Below, piece by piece: positions 1 to 12,366 of a DNA stretch of 64,000 nucleotides; positions within the stretch are counted from its first letter, which is position 1, and the number at the start of each line of letters is the position of its first letter. A program made the position numbers and the translations under genes. The notes below the pieces were generated by a model that made no database searches, was not told the origin of the DNA, and saw only the letters and a program-made list of their open reading frames with translations. The stretch is from positions 124,001 to 188,000 of the forward strand of contig JBEUKZ010000065.1 in NCBI GenBank assembly GCA_048128005.1, in the 5' to 3' direction. Source of the stretch: Veleropilina oligotropha (Eukaryota).

Positions 1-307
1 TGGGATATTCTGCTCATGCTGTCTTTGCAAATTCAGTAATTCCCTTACGATTTTTTTAATTTATTTAAAAATTCTCATTGATTGATAGGCAATCATTTAA
101 GGAAAATTAAAGCAGACAGATTCCGTCTTGTCTTCGACAGTCTAAATCTCTCAACGAGTCGCTCATTCATAACAAACTACTGCGTCCTCAATACTTATTG
201 ACAATTTAATAATATTTATTATTGCAATGGAATATTTATGATTTCCATAATTACCGCAATATATAACATGTCTCCGAACTCACTTCCGTCACTTTAATAT
301 TTGCAGC

Positions 308-497
308 TGCATTATGAATCCTACTGCCCTCTACTGAGAGTGCATCGTAGTGGTGCATTATGAATCCTACTGCCCTCTACTGAGAGTGCATCGTAGTGGT
401 TCATTATGAATCCTACTGCCCTCTACTGAGAGTGCATCATAGTGGTTCATTATGAATCCTACTGCCCTCTACTGGGAGTGCATCGTAGTGGTTCATT
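308..497. repeat. Minisatellite, 46-bp unit, ~4 copies
   Basis: Unit CATTATGAATCCTACTGCCCTCTACTGAGAGTGCATCGTAGTGGTK repeated in tandem. Confidence 0.95.
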
Positions 498-3400
498 CAT
501 CATAGCAGTTATGAATACTGGAGAAGTAACTTCTGCTAGGAGAATGCTGCTCCTGCCTGACAGCTTATAAACATTGAGATAGTCATAAAAAGATGGCAAT
601 CGCGGTGCGAGGTCGAAACGGTGACGGGTTACTGCCGTTTTACGGCCTGTGTTCTCTCAGCCGTGCGCTGTTCCCATTGCTGACAATAATTTAATGGGAT
701 TATGACATGCGATGTGCCAATATCGCGGCTGTGCTGGATTATCCCATATGTTAAGCCTGTAAGGATAACACTTCCAGTGCAGAATTAATGCACATTTGCA
801 GATATACAATTAAAACGCAATATAAAAAGGATAAAAAATACATGGACGAAGACACAATCGCTATACACAAATTACAGACATCATGTGATTCTGTCATGGC
901 AAAAAATAAAATTCATAACGAAAGCAGAGGTATGCAAATTTCACACAGCAGGAAATAAGTGATTGAAACAGGGTGAAAATTTAAGGCTTAGATGTCTGAT
1001 ACAGAATACTGTCTGAGGAGTGAAGACGTTTTTAAAACATTGTTCTTTTTGTAAATATGACAGTCGAAATTGATACACAAAGCCGTGATTACATATTCAT
1101 GAGTCACTAGCGACTAACTGAAGTAGTGGTCGCGCAAACAGATCGCATACAGCGAGTCAATACTAGAACAGCAGAGACAAACGGGGAGCATTCCTAAGGA
1201 AGACAGGGGCAAACAGTAACCCTGCTCCGCGAATCTAATCTGGCAGGCCCAGTTTCAATAAAAAACATGAGTGACAGAAGACGGCTGGCAGGGACAGCCG
1301 ATTTCAGTCACATTCTGACAGCCACAAGGAGCACTGGAACATGGTGAAACCCAACACTCGGGCAGTGTAGCAACGTGTGGATCACAACTCTCAGGGCTGA
1401 ATGAGGCAGTGGAAGAACAAAGCAAGATACAACATCGCGCAACCACCACCCTTTAATAAATGACGCTTATCGTGAACAACATTTAATCACATCGCCGTTT
1501 CATACATATGAAAAATAACAAATTCATCTGATCTTGCAAAAATTTGAGATACGTTATCTAATCATACCTAATATATTAAATGGAAACTGTTTAACAGGAT
1601 ATCAAGTTTTCCAAATGTTTGTGTGAATGAAACACAAATAACCCAAATCAAATACATATTTTAACATTGAAATCATACCATAAATCACTCCACAGTGAAG
1701 TCATACCATAAATACCTCCAACAACATCAGAGGTTACTGCATCACGTGATATAGATAGGGTTTAAGTACGTTGAGTGATATTTTATAGGAGTAACCATTC
1801 ATGTAATGTTTCATTAAAGTAAAGAGCAAAGAATGTATCCTTCTTCTGTCAGTCAGTGACAACGAGTAGATTTAGCCGCATATCGCTCATCTTTGTGACT
1901 ATCTTCGCTGGTTCAGGCAACCAATGAACTCCTGCCGTCAGACGACACCGGTACACCTGGGCTATACAGTAGAATTGCTCCACATCCCGTGTATAAGAAT
2001 CGCACACAAAAATTAATGGATTTGACCCAAGGCAATCTTCAAACAAACAAGCGTCATAGAATATACAACACAATTCCATACTGAACAAATAGTCCTGTAA
2101 TCTTCACAAAATATTGGAAAATGTAACTTTTCTTAAGGAAACTAGATTAAATAAGAAGAAACGATTAGTCTAACCTGGTACGCTCTATTGGAAGTTGCAA
2201 GCAATTTCATAAACACAATAGAACAAATACATATTTGTCTGATGAATATCGTTTTCCATCTACAGAAAACTTTTAGCCATTGAACGATAAGATATACGAT
2301 TAGTCAAATGTTCATCCATCTGCAGTAAATTAAAATGATTTCAAATGAATTGTAAATTTCAGTCTGTTCATAAATTATAATTGCTGTTAGGCGGGAAGAT
2401 GAATTTATACAGAGTCAAATTTACTTTTAACTCAATAAATATAAATTTTGTTATTGTTAAATACTTATTTCATTGATTCTTGTGTTAAATGCATTGAAAG
2501 AGAAAAAATGCGCTATTTTGTACTTAACTAATATCATTTTTTTTAAATGCTGATCCTTTGAGACATCTTCATACCAATTAAGAGGCAGAACAAAACATGG
2601 AATTATAAAATAATTTTAAATTGCTTTTTCCGATATAAAACACAGTCTCTTCCTTTGTTTAAATGTATTTCATCATCGTTAAAAAATTATCAAATAATAT
2701 AAATTAAAATATAAAATGTCAATATAATATTGCATGAAAACTCAAGTACAAAGTCATTTCCAGGATAAATTAAATGATTGTCTGGCCAATAACATTCGAC
2801 CTCAAAAGAATGTGATTTTAAGCCTGTGAAGTTACATTATTTGCAAAATCTCCAATGCAAATAAATACATAACACTTATTAAACTAAATGGTCTTTTAAA
2901 AACAGGCAATAAAACAATCACTAACTAAAATAAATGAAGTTTACAATTTTTGATAACTATATTTATGAATCTTTGTACCCTCCGCTGTTATGTAATTTGT
3001 TACCTTTATGATTCCTGTAGTCCTGAATCAGTTTTAAGTATGCAGATATGATACCGTGCAATTACCACCTTTGTAAATAATCAAACTGTCATCTGGTTTG
3101 TTTTGCATTCTTTCAGCTTTCCTGCCTCTAAGTTTTATCACTTGGCACCATCGCTCACTGGCGCACACAGCAGTCTGATCGCATTGTCGATATTGCTCCA
3201 ATCCATCTGGCCCCAATTCTATTCAAAATCCAAGCACTTGTGTTACAGAAGCCAGCATCATATCAGGCGCTGCAACTAGGATAGGATTACCAGAACATAT
3301 CGAAATGTTTGAAAATATACAAACATTTGTTGGAAGCCATGGAGTCAGCAAGCTACTGTCAATCAAGACCAGATAGCGCGGGCCACTGGAAGCTGGACTG

Positions 3401-3763
3401 ACCATGTGATGGGGACTCTGGAGAGATAGAATCCACTCCACCAACAGATGGACAGGCAGATGAATGCATATGAAAGTCTGAAAGCATGCACAACTCACCA
3501 AATGAACAACCCACCAAGCAAGGAATCAACTGCAACATCACAGCAAGCAAGGAACCATTGGTCAAGTAATGAACCAACAACACAAACCCTTGAAGCAAGT
3601 AACAACTACACAACATATGCGTGTGACAATTATTTTGTACAAACTTAAATGCCATTGAGCAACAACTACAAAATTTAACAGGGACAACTTTGTTTTCGTT
3701 TGATTTAGCATTTATTGCCTACATAAAAAGGTAGGGTCATATTGGAGACCAATCTGAACTTAC

Positions 3764-4200
3764 CTGAGAAATTATACAAGAACTGATCAAATGAAAGCTT
3801 GATTAAGAGTTTCTCGATATTTGTAATATCACAACAATATTGGCAAGTGCAAGAAGTCTGTATGGGGTCCCTTATATTTAGCGTGTAAAGGTTAGCATGT
3901 TAAAATATTCCTTGAGCCGCGGAGAATGACATCTCTGGGATTCTGATGCGCAGTGAGTGGCAGCGATACCGAGGATTCGCAGATTGGTCATAAACCAGGC
4001 GCACCCCTAATCCCGCAGGCTGGGGTTGTTGTTTGGCCATCTGAAATTTCATGGAAATGAACAGCAGATTTGGTGCCGGGGAATTCTGGATTTTCTCCAA
4101 GAGTCTGACATTCAGACGCCTCCTGTAGCTACCGAGATCCAGCGTCAAGACAGATTCGCTTAATTCCTCGCGGCTGCGGTAAAACATGTTTATCTTTGCT
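3764..4200 (-). other. Possible non-coding or first exon of a minus-strand transcript
   Basis: Perfect donor CAG|GTAAGT on the minus strand (ACTTAC at 3758-3763). A CpG-richer unique block lies at 3900-4190 with a TATA-like TTATATAG near 4203-4210. The 5' boundary is a guess. Confidence 0.25.
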
Positions 4201-4757
4201 GACTATATAAGAATGTGTTTCAAGCACAACACTACAGTATGATACAGATTTCTGATTATGTCATTGGCTTACAAGGAATTATTTGGATTTATGTTGTTAC
4301 AGCATACACTTGTAAAGAGTAATAAGAGTTAGAGCAAATAAGATAATATTCAACGTGCCAAGTGCTAAATTACAATTTTTCACACACACTTCTATTTTAT
4401 CCATTAATTTATTGTATTGTCCCTAAAATATAAAGTGCTTGTTTTAGAAACGGAAAATATTGATGGCAACAAATATCATTTAATAAAATGCAATAAAAGA
4501 CACCAAATGTGGTTATGCTTCTATTGTGTCATTGGGTGGCATGAATTAGTTGTACTACTACATTTTACCAACATTTAAGTCGTGTGTGCAGGCAAAACAT
4601 TGTTATATCGCCTTCATTCAAGGATGGGTAACTGGTTTTAAAGCCATCTCTGCTATTAGTTTTATACATTGCAATAAGTTCCGCTGGAACAGGAATTGAA
4701 CCCATGTCCCATCGTGGATATGAAGACACAGTTTATATATAACCATCATTGGATGTG

Positions 4758-5022
4758 GGAGGGAGGGATGAATGATGCTTAATATCCTTTATATTTACAA
4801 CATCGAGGTTCAAGGCAGGACATGTCCGTGTTATCGCGGGAGGAAACCCCGGTCGCCCGGGTAAACCCACCCTCTTCGGCCAGTCACGGACAACTGTGAT
4901 TTATAACTTAAACAAATTTCAATGACTCAGCCAGGTATTGAACCCACCACTGTTCGCATTAGCGGAATCAAGCCAGTGAATTTAGAGTGGACACTCTACC
5001 CACTGCACTGCCGAAGCGGCCT
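4758..5022 (-). mobile_element. tRNA-derived SINE (family 1, copy A)
   Basis: Minus-strand head GGCCGCTTCGGCAGTGCAGTGG with B-box GGTTCAATACC and a simple CATCCCTCC tail. 12-bp TSD TCATTGGATGTG (4746-4757, 5023-5034). A closely similar copy lies at 38212-38474. Confidence 0.9.
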
Positions 5023-5054
5023 TCATTGGATGTGCATGTACAACCCATATACTA

Positions 5055-7164
5055 CAGGCCTCGAAATTAGCTATTAAATGTCGGTCATGACCGGTGTCAT
5101 ATGATATTTTGACCCCATGGTGAAACGATCCACGGGTCACTTTACATTAAGGTATTATGAGGGGGGTCAATTCATCGCTATGGTAAGATGACCCCCCTCT
5201 ATGGAAAAGTGACCCATGCCAAAATTCTACTATGGTAAAATGACCCGCCTAATCAAGCGTGCGATGTTATGGCGAACGGCTGAACGCGTTCGCGGGGAGG
5301 TTACGCAAAACTGATTTTAGGCGACCTGTAGTAGGTTACCATAATAAACATAGTTCGTTCGCCTAAAAAATGCACAAGACACATTTCAGATGACTGTATA
5401 ACTTTCATTTTAACTATTATTCATATTTCTCTAAGTCAACAATGTCACTTTATTAATGAAAAGTTTGTACCTTTAGTCCAGTTCAGTAACTTCACTAGAG
5501 CAAATGCGTCTGCGAAATCTCTAACGTTACCTCGTGTGCTTCAACCGCCATTAATTTTATTCATTTATTATTTTCCTCTTTTCATGGGAGCACCCAATTT
5601 GTATGGTATGAAAACTGAGTTCCTTTCAGTTCTTATGATAATGTATCATCGTTAGTATGTAACTGAAAAACTGAGTTCTACACTTAACTACTATTTGATA
5701 GACAGTCAAGTAAAAAGGAAATTATTCATATTTTAAAAATTTGACAAAGAACTAGTGATAATCAATGTAACAAAATAAAATTCATATTTTTAGTATAAAT
5801 TTATTTAAAAAATGATTTTTTTCCAACATTCATAAATATAATAATTGTTTTTTAAAAATGAAAAATATGTATTTTAATATGTATTATTCATTACTGAACA
5901 ACAGCTAATGAATGCAAAGACAAATATGAATGAAATTTTTAAATTTGTTATTGGTAGGTTGCCATAGGTAACCCTGGGTTACCTACTTTGAAAATTGCGT
6001 AACCTACTGGTAGGTTACCATGATCAATTTTGCGAGACCTACAGTAGGTTACCATAAAAAATATTACATCGCATGCCTGCTAATATAAGCTTACATTTGG
6101 ATATTTACACATTTGAGTAATAATTAATGCACCTTACAGAGTATTATTATATATGCAATGAATTGTAACAAAATCATATATTGATGTTATATATAACTTT
6201 ACATCTATTTCACAAGTGTCATATTATATTTCAACTTCATGTTTAACTGAGGTTTGCACTAAAAATGTACTGCCGACAACAGAAATGTTTAATAGAATAC
6301 TTTAATTTTGAACATATGTCACAATTAAAATTATAATCAAGATTACATTTTATCTAAAATTATAATATAATTTATGATCAATACAACATTTGAGAACATA
6401 AAATGAATTATTTTCCTACATATTTCTTGCATATCTGATCCAATAATGAACGTTTTAACACTAACATTGATCAATGGAACTGCAGGTGAACAACAAGGAT
6501 TAAGGATCATTGTGACCGACGGCAAATGAATACATCGCCGGACGCACGTCTGTAATAGGATTATTTCGTTCAAAATCAGCACTATATCTGGTTATGTGTG
6601 TATTAATAAACGTTGCTGTACCGTACGCTTAATCACATCACCAAAGTTCAACCTCTTTATCGGTGCCCTGGACTACTTTATCGAGTGAACAATTGCGAAT
6701 TTCAGAGCAGTTCGTATATATATTTTTACCTTTAATTTGACGATATTATTTAGGAAAGCAGTTTAAGCATGTATTTTGATAAATTTTATGAGTAATTATG
6801 CTTCATTTCATAACTTTTTGTCGTCCAAAATATTAATGCGAACTCCCCTCGAAGTGTGTTTGCAAAATGGCGGGTCTTATGGCGTTCGGTTTTACGAGAC
6901 CACGCTTTCCAAGCAGATCATTAGAATCGGACCGTGAGGACCAAGTAATAATAGTAATAAAAGTAAGAAACATTATTTTGTTCAGTAATTTTATTTTAGT
7001 AATGGGTATAATATGCTTAAGTTACTTATAAAGTACATGATAATTTAATAAATTAGCTTCAAAATACAATATTGGACCGATAAAAATATTTTGACAACAT
7101 TTGGACCGGCATTATTTTTACAATGGACCGGACCGGCAGTGTCAAATTTGAATTTCAACCCCTG
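5055..7164. mobile_element. Non-autonomous CAG-ended TIR transposon (hAT-like) with nested insertions
   Basis: Imperfect TIRs CAGGCCTCGAAATT / AATTTCAACCCCTG, subterminal GACCGG motifs at both ends, 5-bp TSD TACTA (5050-5054, 7165-7169). Confidence 0.7.
5254..6079. mobile_element. Nested non-autonomous TIR transposon
   Basis: TIRs CAAGCGTGCGATGTTAT / ATTACATCGCATGCCTG, subterminal GTAGGTTACC repeats, 5-bp TSD CTAAT (5249-5253, 6080-6084). Confidence 0.8.
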
Positions 7165-10100
7165 TACTAATTAAAGGATTTGTGAACCAAAACTCATAAT
7201 ATAGGCGAAATTTCAATATACGGCATATATTCCTATCATATTATTTATTGTGTTAGTCTTTCACGAGTGTCCATGTTTGTTGTAAGCTGACCTGGCGAAA
7301 TCAATCAGCTCCAGTAGTCATATTTTCAGGTCAGGGGTCGAATTTCATGTCACAATGGACAGGCCACTCGAATCTTTTCAATTTGATGGCAACATCATTG
7401 TCCACAAATTGGTTACTCAACAGGAACAATAGCATTAGGACTGTTGGTCTAGTGTGTGGTCACCTAATAAGTGTTCGGGAAATTTCGGGGCGACTTGCTA
7501 AGGATCTTTTGTATCCCTGTTTTGATAACCTAAATCATGGCGCTACTAATAAGAGAATAAATAAATAACGATAGCATTATTATCAGCCAGAATATATTAT
7601 GTGTTCACAACTCCTTTAAACTAATAATATACTTACCACTTATTAATAATCACTAATATTTCTCTTCAATCAATTTGAAATATCCAATTTTAGTCTGAAA
7701 AAGAATAAAATTAACATGAGCACAAAATATCTTTTCACATCCATATACAATTAAGGAAGAAGGGAAATTATATTTACCTATACAAATATAAATTTATCAA
7801 GTAAATTCTAGCCTAGCTAGTACATAAATGTATTAAATAATAATAATAATACTGTTTCGATTCCACTTCATAACAAATTTTATGTCGATAAATTATTGTT
7901 AACACAATTAAACACAAATCGTGCACCAGCTCTCATTGAAAATTGGTTTGCACGCATGCAATTACAATTTTCAGCATTGGACAAGCTGCATGAATATTGA
8001 ATATACCATCTATGCATCTCTGTCAGAACGCTATTATAAAATATGTCAAATTAACGCAATGCATTACTTCATGACATATAAACAATGTACAAATGTTAGG
8101 GAGCTTAATGTCCCACTTTTAGGCCTCAGAAAGGTGTTTCTACTTAAGTAATTTCATATATTTTTTGACTGACTTTTGTATAAAATTGGCATCGCATTTT
8201 TTAACAGAATAATGTGCAATTATTTATAGCCTTATTTACCAATGAAAACATAAGCACTTGTCACAGTTATTTTCTATTTCAATGTTGAATAATGTCAAAA
8301 TGACAACAACTGATGAAAGTATACTCAGTGTAAGAACAACGAACATCCATTTTTAAACTTTTAACTTTTGACATCGTGTTCAGAAAAGCATTGTTACAGC
8401 TTGCGTGCTTTGAAGTTAAAAAATAATGATAGATGAGCTATAATTCCACTTAACTAAATGATATTTCACACAAATATTATTAACTACATATGATATTATG
8501 ATTTGTAAATTAATTTTTTTTCAAAATTCCTAGGAATAATAATAATATTCAACAATTGCATTTTGAATTCCACTGTATATACATGCGGTTATTGCGAATG
8601 ACAAGTCCAGATTATAGCTATAAGCGTATACATCAACATTTACAGAACAGTCACAGCCCATCGATAAAGTAAATTTACATATAACCTAAGGTTATAGCGT
8701 TTATTTACTTCAGTGAGTTGGCAGAGATAGTATCTGACATTAATAGCACACTTATCGGACATTCATTCCAGTATCTGAATGCGCTTACACGATCCCCTAA
8801 ATGCTGCTGTGCAAGATATGCATACAGATCTATGTTTCTCATAAATGTACCACAGCTAATTGGTTATTGTGGCTCAAATAAGAAATATCCTAACAAATAA
8901 GTTACAGATGGTAGGATGCAAAGCGTAATTGTAAATATAAGCCGAATATTTGACAAGTGACGAACACCAAACAATATGTAAAATGGTCTTATTTATGGAT
9001 TATGCCGATTATATTTGGTCATCACAGAGTGGATAACGGTCAACCATATAATGGATAACGGCACCCATATAATACTTAACGCACATACATCCCTGCCGGC
9101 CAGAAACTCACGTCTTTGTGAAATAATCATTGATCATCAACTCTACCCATTATCTACATCTTACCCGAGTCACACAGTTCTGGGGATTACAAGAATTGAA
9201 ATCAAATCTGCTTCACGTAATCCAATAAAAGTTCCGATACTTCTCTGATTAAATCAGCCGTAATCTTATCATATATCCATATCCTCGGTTGCCCAACTGA
9301 ATGCCAGTTGAATCGATTCCCGTATCCTGCTCGCATTCACAATTATTCACTTCACAATCTATACTGTTATCAAAACTTGTCATGTCGCATTATCCACAAA
9401 AACTGATGTTATTATCAGTAACGTGAGGCGCAAACGTTAGCACCATAATCCAATGAACTCTAACTCATAATAAAGTGTTTTTCAAAGTTATACACCAGGC
9501 AGTTCACCTGGAACTTAATTAAAGTTCCGCTTGATCGATTCCAACGTGCATAGGTCTTCTCCGTCTTTGTCGTTACATTCAACAATGAAAGAAATCCGCT
9601 AGCCGAGTAACGTCATGGTAAATCGGTCATCTACGGTCGTGGGGTTGATTTGCGCCAAGAAGATGCACTTACTAGCTTTGTTTTCGGTGTAACTCTGTTA
9701 GAATGACATCAATCAGTCCAGATTTTCATCTTAAACTGTTTATGTGATCTTCTGCCCAGCATTGAGTCGAGGGCCAGTTCAAACAATTATATACGCCGAG
9801 GGGTGGTTAGGTCTCCAACGCCTTCTGTTCAATACCATTACTCACAAAGAAACATATTAATCCTGGTCTTGATATAACCAATCCAGCTGCTGGCAATAGG
9901 GCATGACATTTACATTGGCTTGATTAGGAGGTGCAAGCAGTTCTGTGACATATTCTTAAGCTTTACCTCCCTCCCCTAAACTTAATGGACTCTGCCTTAT
10001 CTGAAGGTTTCTATACAAGTAACAATGGGCATTGCCTTCAATAGGGTGAACCGCTATGGAATCCATTTATGCACTCCTCCAGTGGACTATCAAATCACCA

Positions 10101-10537
10101 AAGCCTTGTCACACGGAATACCGCAAGCGGACAAAGAGAAAGGACTCTCTCTCTTAATGTGCGAACAAGGCGCGTATCGCAGTTTGAGTGAGAGCTAGTG
10201 TGCTAAGAAGCATGTTTGAGGGTATATCTAATGAAAGACCCTACAACACACTGTGACCTAAGGCTTCTGACACCTGTCTAAGCCGATTGGCAGAAAGCCT
10301 TCACCAAATGTAGGCAACGCAGCGAATCACCAACTAGGGCACAATAATGATACAACCCAGGTGCTGAGATAAATAACGTGTCCCAGGTGCGTATATATAA
10401 CTACCCGGTTCAAGAAAAACTTACATTTTGCCAGATAAATTCTATATTATATCACAATTTGACAAATATTCATGTTAACAATTCTATGAGGGAAAAGTAT
10501 TTGAGAGTTTGACTTTTTATGTTTAGTGTCATAATAT

Positions 10538-11618
10538 ATAAGAGCCCGTTAAAAACGGATTCATCCCTCGCCTTCCGCAATCACTCTAATATAAATTTTA
10601 ACCAAAATTTCTATGTCCCAACACATCAAGTTTCTTCAATATTTATACAAAATAATATTCAATATCAATTCTTGAGTGTAAGGTGGTATCAACATAAGCA
10701 TCACCAAAGAATATGTATGCAATAATGGACAACAACGAAAATTCACTAAACTTTAACAAAAATTTCAATGTCCACAAACACTAATTTCACATGATATTTA
10801 TATTATAAATCACTTGCAGATGAGGGAGCAGCATCAATATACTAGTAGTCAACACTGAAGTATATGGATGTAAAACAGTGCCTAGAACAACCCATATGCC
10901 CATTGAAAAATTTAAACAAAATTTATATTTCCACAAACACCTATTTTTATGCAATAATTGTATTAAATTTAATTCAGCATCACTTCCATAGTATCAGTTG
11001 ACATGTATTCATTTTATCAATACCAAAGCATATATACACCAAAATGTTGTTTCAACAACACAATACACTCAATGAAAAACTTTAACCAAATTTTCTATGT
11101 TCAAAAACACCTACATCTTAATATAATGGAGCTATAATTGTATGCGGGTCTGTCTGTCTGTCTGTCTGTTTGTTTCAAGTTGAACTCCTCCCAGACGCTT
11201 TGACCTAGGACCTTCAAACTTTGGGGGGTTAATCGGGGTCCCCCAAGGAAGGTTTACCACGAAAAAAATTCGGAAAATTCGCGAAAAAAAAAAAAATTTA
11301 CTATCATTTTTAATATAATCGAGAAAAAAAAAAAAAAAAAAAAAGGGAGCACTATCCAAAAAAAAAAAAAAAAAATTTGGGCTGGGGGGGACTTACCCGT
11401 CGGAGACGGGTACCATAGCTAGTTTATGCAATAATTAGATTAAATTTTATTCAATCTCATTTTCAGAGTACCAGGTGTCATTCATATAACGCCTACAAAA
11501 GCATATATATATATACGCCAAAAAGTATCTTGGGCAAGCTATATACACTCAATTCGTAACTTTAACCAAATTGTTTACAGACGTAGGACGGACGTACGGA
11601 CGTGGCAACAACAATATC
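10538..11618 (+). mobile_element. HINE/pearl-like element family B, copy 1 (3' hairpin lost; contains a Helitron)
   Basis: Collinear with 28218-28986, with internal AAACTTTAACCAAAATTT-containing repeats and a GGAC microsatellite near the right end. Confidence 0.8.
11116..11422 (+). mobile_element. Non-autonomous Helitron (307 bp)
   Basis: Starts TC, ends CTAG, has the subterminal hairpin ACCCGTC-GGA-GACGGGT (11395-11411) and sits between A and T with no TSD. The empty site CTACA|TTTAAGCAATAATTAG is present in the paralog near 28757-28780. Confidence 0.9.
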
Positions 11619-11892
11619 TTGTAAAAATCGCTTTCCTTTATGTGTTTTTTCCCCAATGTCCAATATTGAAGATGTAATAAATATTTGATTAGTTAATCAT
11701 TTCCCTAAATTTTGTAGATCACATTTATGACTCCAAGTTTCTAAGTTCAAAGTTGCATAAAACTTGCCAAATTCATTAAGTTTTATTATACATTTTTTCT
11801 ACATAAACTATATGGTGCAGTTTTTAACAGTGGAGTAAATACATATATCGAAAGTGAGGTTGAAGTCGGACATATAGATAGCGTGAATAATG

Positions 11893-12366
11893 AGCCAATG
11901 GGACAACCAGAAACATGGTGAGCAACCATATGAGATCACAAGCCATGGGACAACCAGAAACATGGTGAGGAACCGTATGAGATCACAAGCCATGGGACAA
12001 CCAGAAACATGGTGAGGAACCGTATGAGATCACAAGCCATGGGACAACCAGAAACACGGTGAGGAACCGTATGAGATCACAAGCCATGGGACAACCAGAA
12101 ACATGGTGAGCAACCATATGAGATCACAAGCCATGGGACAACCAGAAACATGGTGACCAACCATATGAGATCACAAGCCATGGGACAACCAGAAACATGG
12201 TGAGCAACCATATGAGATCACAAGCCATGGGACAACCAGAAACATGGTGAGCAACCATATGAGATCACAAGCCATGGGACAACCAGAAACATGGTGAGCA
12301 ACCATATGAGATCACAAGCCATGGGACAACCAGAAACATGGTGAGCAACCATGTGAGATCACAAGC
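11893..12366. repeat. Minisatellite, 47-bp unit, ~10 copies
   Basis: Unit AGCCATGGGACAACCAGAAACATGGTGAGCAACCATATGAGATCACA. Confidence 0.97.

Noticed and set aside
4940..5022. tRNA gene
   Set aside because: It is the head of a SINE with a TSD and a second copy; no proper acceptor stem.
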